From Camelus dromedarius (taxonomy: Eukaryota): a stretch of DNA of 64,000 nt. Under the pieces are notes generated by a model. The model had not been told where the DNA came from. It did no database searches and saw only the letters and a list, made by a program, of their open reading frames with translations. Where the stretch lies: assembly GCF_036321535.1 (NCBI RefSeq), contig NC_087436.1:2852001-2916000 (forward strand), written 5' to 3'. Each line of letters begins with the position of its first letter. Position 1 is the first letter of the stretch. This document shows, piece after piece, positions 1 through 9,499 of this stretch. The position numbers and the translations under genes were made by a program.

Positions 1-3000
1 AAGCTAGGTGAAGGACGGCTTTAACACACACTTGTCTCTCAGAAATGAGCATGTGGAGAGACGTTCGTTCATCTAGCACAAAGGGAACGGGTTGCAGGGG
101 AAACTTTTACTCTGGTATCTCACTCTGTTTCCGGTTGCCGTTTTGAAGTTCCTGCAGTTTTCACTGTAAAACAGAGTTGGAGCTAGTACCTCCCCATATA
201 TATGTATGGAGTGGAGTTTGCAATTGAAAACAAACTTTGCGTTCCCAACAAGCTAGTTGAAGGACGGCTTTCACACACAATTATCTCTCAGAAATGAGCA
301 TGTGGAGAGACTTTCGTTCATCTAACAAAAAGGGAACGGGTTGCAGGGGAAACTTTTACTCTGGTATCTCAGTCTGTTTCCGGTTGCCGGTTTGAAGTTC
401 CTGCAGTTTTCACTGTAAAACAGATTTGGAGCTAGTACCTCCCCATATATATGTATGGAGTGGAGTTTCAACTGAAAAAACACTTTGTGTTCCCAAGAAG
501 CTCGGTGAAAGACGGCTTTCACACTCACTTGTTTCTCAGAACTGAGCATGTGGAGAGACTTTCGTTCATCTAGCACAAAGGGAACGGGTTGCAGGAGAAA
601 CTTTTACTCATTTACCTCAGTCTGTTTCGTAGTGCCGGTTTGAATTTCCTGCAGTTTTCACTGTAAAACCGCGTTGGAGCTTGTACCTCCCCATATATAT
701 GTATGGAGTGGAGTTAGCAAGTGAAAAGAAACTTTGTGTTCTCAACATGCTAGGTGAAGGGCGGCTTTCACACACACTTATCTCTCAGAACTGAGCATGT
801 GGATAGACGTTCGTTCATCTAGCACAAAGGGAACGTGTTGCAGGAGAAACTTTTACTCTGGTTTCTCAGTCTGTTTCCTAGTGCCGGTTTGAAGATCCTT
901 CAGTTTTCACTGTAAAACCGAGTTGGAGATTGTACCTCCCCATATATATGTATGGAATGGAGTTTGTAAATGTTAAAAGAAACTTTGTGTTCCCAACAAG
1001 CTAGGTGAAGGACGGCTTTAACACACACTTGTCTCTCAGAAATGAGCATGTGGAGAGACGTTCGTTCATCTAGCACAAATGGAACGGGTTGCAGGGGAAA
1101 CTTTTACTCTGGTATCTCACTCTGTTTCCGGTTGCCGTTTTGAAGTTCCTGCAGTTTTCACAGTAAAACAGAGTTGGAGCTAGTACCTCCCCATATATAT
1201 GTATGGAGTGGAGTTTGCAATTGAAAAGAAACTTTGTGTTCCCAACAAGCTAGGTGAAGGACGGCTTTCACACACAAATATCTCTCAGATCTGAGCATGT
1301 GGAGAGACGTTCGTTTATCTAGCAAAAAGGGAACGGGTTGCAGGAGAAACTTTTACTCTGGTTTCTCAGTCTGTTTTCTAGTGCCAGTTTGAAGTTCCTG
1401 CAGTTTTCACTGTAAAACCGAGTTGGAGCTAGTACCTCCCCATATATATGTATGGATTGGAGTTTGCAAGTGAAAAGAAACTTTGTGTTCCCAACAAGCT
1501 AGGTGAAGGACGGCTTTCAAACACACTTATCTCTCAGAACTGAGCATGTGGAGAGACGTTCGTTCATCTAGCACAATGGGAACGGGATGCAGGAAATAAT
1601 TTTACTCTGGTTTCTCAGTCTGTTTCCTAGTGCCGGTTTCAAATTCCTTCAGTTTTCAATGAAAACCGTGTTGGAGCTAGTACCTCCCCATATATATGTA
1701 TGGATTGGTGTTTGCAACTGAAAAGAAACTTTGTGCTCCCAACAAGCTTGGTGAAGGACGGCTTTCACACACACATATTTCTCAGAACTAAGCATGTGGA
1801 GAGACGTTCGTTCATCTAGCACAAACGGAACGGGATACAGGGGAAACTTTTAATCTGGTTTCTCAGTCTGTTTCCTAGTGCCGGTTTGAAGTTCCTGAAT
1901 TTTTCACTGTAAAACAGAGTTGGAACTAGTACCTCCCCATATATATGTATGGAGTGGAGTTTGCAATTGAAAAGAAACTTTGTGTTCCCAACAAGCATGG
2001 TGAAGGACGGCTTTCACACACACTTTTCTCTCAGAACTGATCATGTGGAGGGACGTTCGTTCATCTAGCACAAAGGGAAAGGGTTGCAGGAGAAACATTT
2101 TCTCTGGTTTCTCAATGTGTTTCCTGTTGCCGGTTTGAAGATCCTGCACTTTTCACTGTAAAACCGAGTTGGAGATTTTACCTCCCCATATATATGTATG
2201 GAATGGAGTTTGTAAATGAAAAGAAACTTTGTGTTCCCAACAAGCTAGGTGAAGGACGGCTTTAACACACACTTGTCTCTCAGAAATGAGCATGTGGAGA
2301 GACGTTCGTTCATCTAGCAAAAAGGGAACGGGTTGCAGGGGAAACTTTTACTCTGGTATCTCACTCTGTTTCCGGTTGCCGTTTTGAAGTTCCTGCAGTT
2401 TTCACTGTAAAACAGAGTTGGAGCTAGTACCTCCCCATATATATGTATGGAGTGGAGTTTGCAATTGAAAACAAACTTTGCGTTCCCAACAAGCTAGTTG
2501 AAGGACGGCTTTCACACACAATTATCTCTCAGAAATGAGCATGTGGAGAGACTTTCGTTCATCTAGCAAAAAGGGAACGGGTTGCAGGGGAAACTTTTAC
2601 TCTGGTATCTCAGTCTGTTTCCGGTTGCCGGTTTGAAGTTCCTGCAGTTTTCACTGTAAAACAGATTTGGAGCTAGTACCTCCCCATATATATGTATGGA
2701 GTGGAGTTTCAACTGAAAAAACACTTTGTGTTCCCAAGAAGCTCGGTGAAAGACGGCTTTCACACTCACTTGTCTCTCAGAACTGAGCATGTGGAGAGAC
2801 TTTCGTTCATCTAGCACAAAGGGAACGGGTTGCAGGAGAAACTTTTACTCATTTACCTCAGTCTGTTTCGTAGTGCCGGTTTGAATTTCCTGCAGTTTTC
2901 ACTGTAAAACCGCGTTGGAGCTTGTACCTCCCCATATATATGTATGGAGTGGAGTTTGCAACTGAAAAGAAACTTTGTGTTCCCAACAAGATAGGTGAAG

Positions 3001-5400
3001 GACGGCTTTCACACACAATTATCTCTCAGAACTGAGCATGTGGAGAGACGTTCGTTCATCTAGCACAAATTGAACGGGTTGCAGGAGAAACTTTTACTCT
3101 GGTTTCTAAGTCTGTTTCCTAGTGCCGGTTTGAAGTTCCTGCAGTTTTCACTGTAAAACCGAGTTGGAGCTAGTACCTACCCATATATATGTATGGAGTG
3201 GAGTTTGCCACTGAAAGGAAACTTTGTGTTCCCAACATGCTAGGTAAAGCACGGCTTTCACACACACTTATCTCTCAGAACTGAGCATGTGGAGAGACGT
3301 TCGTTCAGCTAGCACAAAGGGAACGGGTTGCAGGAGAAACTTTTACTCTGGTTTCTCAGTCTGTTTCCTAGTGCCGGTTTGAAGTTACTGCAGTTTTCAC
3401 TATAAAACCGAGTTGGAGCTTGTACTTCCCCACATATATGTATGGAGTGGAGTTAGCAAGTGAAAAGAAACTTTGTGTTCCCAACATGCTAGGTGAAGGG
3501 CGGCTTTCACACACACTTATCTCTCAGAACTGAGCATGTGGAGAGACGTTCGTTCATCTAGCACAAAGGGAACGTGTTGCAGGAGAAACTTTTACTCTGG
3601 TTTCTCAGTCTGTTTCCTAGTGCCGTTTTGAAGATCCTGCAGTTTTCACTGTAAAACCGAGTTGGAGATTGTACCTCCCCATATATATGTATGGAATGGA
3701 GTTTGTAAATGAAAAGAAACTTTGTGTTCCCAACAAGCTAGGTGAAGGACGGCTTTAACACACACTTGTCTCTCAGAAAAGAGCATGTGGAGAGACGTTC
3801 GTTCATCTAGCACAAAGGGAACGGGTTGCAGGGGAAACTTTTACTCTGGTATCTCACTCTGTTTCCGGTTGCCGTTTTGAAGTTCCTGCAGTTTTCACAG
3901 TAAAACTGAGTTGGAGCTAGTACTTCCCCATATATATGTATGGAGTGGAGTTTGCAATTGAAAAGAAACTTTGTGTTCCCAACAAGCTAGGTGAAGGACG
4001 GCTTTCACACACAATTATCTCTCAGAAATGAGCATGTGGAGAGACTTTCGTTCATGTAGCAAAAAGGAAAGGGTTGCAGGCGAAACTTTTACTCTGGTAT
4101 CTCAGTCTGTTTCTGGTTGCCGGTTTGAAATTCCTGCAGTTTTCACTTTAAAACAGATTTGGAGCTAGTACCTCCCCATATATATGTATGGAGTGGAGTT
4201 TCAACTGAAAAAAAACTTTGTGTTCCCAAGAAGCTCGGTGAAAGACGGCTTTCACACTCACTTGTCTCTCAGAACTGAGCATGTGGAGAAACTTTCGTTC
4301 ATTTAGCACAAAGGGAACGGGTTGCAGGAGAAACTTTTACTCATTTTCCTCAGTCTGTTTCGTAGTGCCGGTTTTTATTTCCTGCAGTTTTCACTGTAAA
4401 ACCGCGTTGGAGCTTGTACCTCCCCATATATATGTATGGAGTGGAGTTTGCAACTGAAAAGAAACTTTGTGTTCCCAACAAGATAGGTGAAGGACGGCTT
4501 TCACACACAATTATCTCTCAGAAATGAGCATGTGGAGAGGCGTTCGTTCATCTAGCACAAAGGGAACGGGTTGCAGGAGAAACTTTTACTCTGGTTTCTA
4601 AGTCTGTTTCCTAGTGCCGGTTTGAAGTTCCTGCAGTTTTCACTGTAAAACCGAGTTGGAGCTAGTACCTCCCCATATATATGTATGGAGTGGAGTTTGG
4701 CACTGAAGAGAAACTTTGTGTTCCCAACAAGCTAGGTAAAGGACGGCTTTCACACACAATTATCTCTCAGATCTTAGCATGTGGAGAGACGTTCGTTCAT
4801 CTAGCACAAAGGGAACGGGTTGCAGGAGAAACTTTTACTCTGGTTTCTCAGTCTGTTTCGTAGTGCCGGTTTGAAGTTCTTGCAGTTTTCACTGTAAAAC
4901 CGAGTTGGAGCTATTACCTAACCATATATATGTATGGAGTGGAGTTTGCAACTGAAAAGAAACTTTGTGTTCCAAACATGCTAGGTAAAGCACGGCTTTC
5001 ACACACACTTATCTCTCAGAAATGAGCATGTGGAGAGACGTTCGTTCATCTAGCACAAAGGGAACGGGTTGCAGGAGAAACTTTTACTCTGGTTTCTCAG
5101 TCTGTTTCCTAGTGCCGGTTTGAAGTTACTGCAGTTTTCACTATAAAACCGAGTTGGAGCTAGTACCTCCCCACATATATGTATTGAGTGGAGTTAGCAA
5201 GTGAAAAGAAACTTTGTGTTCCCAACATGCTAGGTGAAGGGCGGCTTTCACACACACTTATCTCTCAGAACTGAGCATGTGGAGAGACGTTCGTTCATCT
5301 AGCACAAAGGGAACGTGTTGCAGGAGAAACTTTTACTCTGGTTTCTCAGTCTGTTTCCTAGTGCCTGTTTGAAGTTCCTGCAGTTTTCACTGTAAAACCG
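1..5400. repeat. Local HOR patch built from ~6 monomer variants (A-F), arranged as 4-, 6- and 7-monomer units
   Basis: Variant A (CTTTAACACACACTTGTCTC...GGTATCTCACT...CCGGTTGCCGTTTT) starts at 1, ~998, 2242 and 3735. Variant C (AAGCTCGGTGAAAGACGG) is at ~498, ~2739 and ~4230. ORFs 322 and 2563 are offset by 2241 (9 x 249); 2242 to 3735 is 1493 (6 monomers). Confidence 0.8.
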
Positions 5401-8030
5401 AGTTGGAGCTTGTACCTCCCCATATATATGTATGGAGTGGAGATTGCAAGTTAAAAGAAACTTTGTGTTCCCAACAAGCTAGGTGAAGGACGGCATTCCA
5501 CACATACTTATCTCTCAGAAATGAGCATGTGGAGAGACGTTCGTTCAACTAACACAAATGGAACGGGTTGCAGGACAAACTTTTACTCTGGTTCCTCAGT
5601 CTGTTTCCTAGTGCCGATTTGAAGTTCCTGCAATTTTCACTGTAAAAGCGTGTTGGAGCTTGTACCACACCATATAAATATATGGAGTGGGGTATACAAC
5701 TGAATAGAAACTTTGTGTTCCCAACAAGCTAGATGAAGTACGGCTTTCACACACACTTATCTCTCAGAACTCAGCATGTGGAGAGACGTTCGTTCATCTA
5801 GCAAAAAGGGAACGGGTTGCAGGAGAAACTTTTACTCTGGTTTCTCAGTGTGTTTCCTTGTGCCGTTAGAAATTTTTGAAGTTTTCACTGTAAAACCGAG
5901 TTGGAGGTAGTACCTACCTATATATATATTTGGAATGGAGTTTGCAACTGAAAAGAAACTTTGTTTTCCCAACAAGCTAGGTGAAGTACGGCTTTCACAC
6001 AGACTTATCTCTCAGAAATGAGCATGTGGAGAGACGTTCGTTCATCTAGCACAAAGGGAACGGGTTGCAGGAGAAACTTTTACTCTGGTTTCTCATTCTG
6101 TTTCCTACTGCAGGTTTGATGTTCCTGCAGTTGTCACTGTAAAATCGAGTTGGAGCTAGTACCTCCCCACATATATGTTTGGAGTTAGCAAGTGAAAAGA
6201 AACTTTGTGTTCCCAACATGCTAGGTGAAGGACGGGTTTCACACACACTTATCTCTCAGAACTGAGCATGTGGAGAGACTTTCGTTCATCTAGCACAAAG
6301 GGAACGTGTTGCAGGAGAAACTTTTACACTGGTTTCTCAGTCTGTTTCCTAGTGCCGGTTTGAAGTTCCTTCAGTTTTCACTGTAAAACCGAGTTGGAGC
6401 TAGTACCTCCCCATGTATATGTATGGAGTGGAGTTTGCAAGTGAAAAGAAACTTTGTGTTCCCAACAAGCTAGGTGAAGGACGGATTTCACACACACTTA
6501 TCTCTCAGAACTGAGCATGTGGAGAGACGTTCGTTCAACTAACACAAACGGAACGGGTTGCAGGAGAAACTTTTACTCTGGTTTCTCAGTCTGTTTCCTA
6601 GTGCCGATTTGAAGTTCCTGCAATTTTCACTGTAAAACCGTGTTGGAGCTTGTACCTCCCCATATAAATATATGGAGTGGAGTATACAACTGAAAAGAAA
6701 CTTTGTGTTCCCAACAAGCTAGATAAAGGACGGCTTTCACACACTCTTATCTCTCAATACTGAGCATGTGGAGAGAAGATCGTTCATCTAGCACAAAGGG
6801 AACGGGTTGCAGGAAAACATTTTCTCTGCTTTCTCAGTCTGTTTCCTAGTGCCGTTTTGAAGTTCCTGCAGTTTTCACTTTAATACCGAGTTGGAGCTTG
6901 TACCTCCCCATATATATGTATGGAGTGGATTTTGCAACTGAAAAGAAACTTTGTGTTCCCAACAAGCTAGGTGAAGGACGGCTTTCACACACACTTATCT
7001 CTCAGAACTGAGCATGTGGAGAGACGTTCGTTCATCTAGCAAAAAGGGAACGGGTTGCAGGAGAAACTTTTACTCTGGTTACTCAGTCTGTTTCCTTGTG
7101 CCGGTTGAAGTTTTTGCAGTTTTCACTGTAAAACCGAGTTGGAGGTAGTACCTACCCATATATATTTATAGAATGGAGTTTGCAACTGAAAAGAATCTTT
7201 GTGTTCCCAACAAGCTAGGTGAAGAACGGCTTTCACACAAACTTATCTCTCAGAAAAGAGCATGTGGAGAGACGTTCGTTCATCTAGCACAAAGGGAACG
7301 GGTTGCAGGAGAAACTTTTACTCTGGTTTCTCAGTCTGTTTCCTAGTGCAGGTTTGAAGTTCCTGCAGTTGTCACTGTAAAATCGAGTTGGAGCTAGTAC
7401 CTCCCCACATATATGTATGGAGTGGAGTTAGCAAGTGAAAAGAAACTTTGTGTTCCCAACATGCTAGGTGAAGGACGGGTTTCACACACACTTATCTCTC
7501 AGAACTGAGCATGTGGAGAGACGTTCGTTCATCTAGCACAAAGGGAACGTGTTGGAGGAGAAACTTTTACTCTGGTTTCTCAGTCTGTTTCCTAGTGCCG
7601 GTTTGAAGTTCCTTCAGTTTTCACTGTAAAACCGATTTGGAGCTAGAACCTCCCCATATATATGTATGGAGTGGAGTTTGCAAGTGAAAAGAAACTTTGT
7701 GTTCCCAACAAGCTAGGTGAAGGACGGATTTCACACACACTTATCTCTCAGAACTGAGCATGTGGAGAGACGTTCGTTCAACTAACACAAACGGAACGGG
7801 TTGCAGGAAAAATTTTACTCTGGTTTCTCAGTCTGTATCCTAGTGCCGATTTGAAGTTCCTGCAATTTTCACTGTAAAACCGTGTTGGAGCTTGTACCTC
7901 CCCATATAAATATACGGATTGGATTATACAAATGAAAAAAAACTTTGTGTTCCCAACAAGTTGGGTGAAGGACGGATTCAACACACACTTATCTCTCAGA
8001 ACTGAGCATGTGGAGAGACATTCGTTCATC
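5400..8030. repeat. Diverged 4-/5-monomer HOR patch
   Basis: The marker monomer TTCAACTAACACAAA...GCCGATTTGAAG...GCAATTTTC...CATATAAATA recurs at ~5545, ~6535 and ~7777, spacings of about 4 and 5 monomers. GGAGGTAGTACCTACC recurs at ~5903 and ~7141. Confidence 0.7.
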
Positions 8031-9499
8031 TAGCACAAAGGAAACCGGTTGAAGGGGACACTTTAACTCTGGTTTCTCAGTCTGTTTCCTAGTGCCGGTT
8101 GGATGTTCCTTGAGTTTTCAGTGAAAAACATTGTTGGAGCTAGTACCACCCCATATATATGTATGGATTGATGTTTGCAACTGAAAAGAAACTTTGTGTT
8201 CCCAACAATCTTGGTGAAGGACGGCTTTCACATACACTTATCTCTCAGAACTGAGCATGTGGAGAGACGTTCGTTCATCTAGCACAAACGGAACGGGGTG
8301 CAGGAGAAACTTTTACTCTGGTTTCTCAGTCTGTTTCCTAGTCCCGGAATGAAGTTCCTGCAGTTTTAACTGTAAATCCGAGTTGGAGTTATTATCTCCC
8401 CATATATATGTATTGAGTGGTGTTTGCAAGTGTAAAGAATCTTTGTGTTCCCAACAAGCTAGGTGAACTACGGCTTTAACACACACTTATCTCTCAGAAC
8501 TGAGCATGTGGAGAGAAGATCGATCATCTAGCACAAAGGGAAGTGTTTGCTGGAGAAACATTTACTCTACTTTCTCAGTCTGTTTCCTAGTGCTGGTTTG
8601 ATGTTTCTTCAGTTTTCAATGAAAAACACAGTTGGAGCTAGTACCACCCCATATATATGTATGGAATGGTGTTTGCAACTGAAAAGAAACTTTGTGTTCC
8701 CAACAAGCTTGGTGAAGGCTGCTTTCACACACACTTATCTCTCAGAACTGAGTATGTGGAGAGACTTTCGTTCAACTAGCAAAAAGGGAACGGGTTACAG
8801 GAGAAACTTTTACTCTGGTTTCTCAGTCTGTTTCCTAGTGCCGGTTTGAAGTTCCTGCAATTTTCACTGTAAAACCGTTTTGGAGCTAGTACCTCCCATA
8901 TAAATATATGGAGTGGTGTTTGCAACTGAAAAGAAACTTTGTGTTCCCAACAAGCTAGTTGAAGGACTGCTTTCACACACACTTATCTCTCAGAACTGAG
9001 CATGTGGAGAAACGTTCGTTCATCTAGCAAAAAGGGAATGGGTTGCAGGAGAAACTTTTACACTGTTTTCTCAGTATGTTTAATAGTGCCGGTTTGAAGT
9101 TCCTGCAGTTTTCAATGTAAAACCGATTTGGAGCTAATTCCTCCCCATATATATGTATGGAGTGGAGTTTGCAAATGAAAAGAATCTTTGTGTTCCCAAC
9201 AAGCTAGGTGAAGGACGGCTTTCACACACACTTATCTCTCAGAACTTAGCATGTGGAGAGAAGATCGTTCATCTAGCACAAAAGGAAGGGGTTGCTGGAG
9301 AAACTTTTATTCTGGTTTCTCAGTCTGTTTCCTAGTGCCGGTTTGAAGTTTCTTCAGTTTTCAATGAAAAACCCAGTTGGAGCTAGTACCTCCCCATATA
9401 TATGTATGGAATGGTGTTTGCAACTGAAAAGAAACTTTGTGTTCCCAACAAGCTTGGTGAAGGACTGCTTTCACACACAAATATCTCACAAACTTAGCA

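Noticed and set aside
63..92. Canonical CENP-B box
   Set aside because: TTCG and CGGG are 20 nt apart rather than 7, and I saw no monomer restoring the spacing.
195..208. TATA box (CATATATATG)
   Set aside because: It is an AT dinucleotide tract present in every monomer, with no downstream gene or other promoter evidence.
1..249. Direct assignment to primate alpha satellite or another named family
   Set aside because: The period is 249 bp, not 171 or ~340, and the similarity is limited to short words. Assignment needs a database search.
1..249. Tandem RNA gene cluster (5S rRNA, tRNA, snRNA) or SINE array
   Set aside because: I saw no recognisable 5S or tRNA sequence, no convincing Pol III A/B boxes, and no poly(A) tail or target-site duplications.
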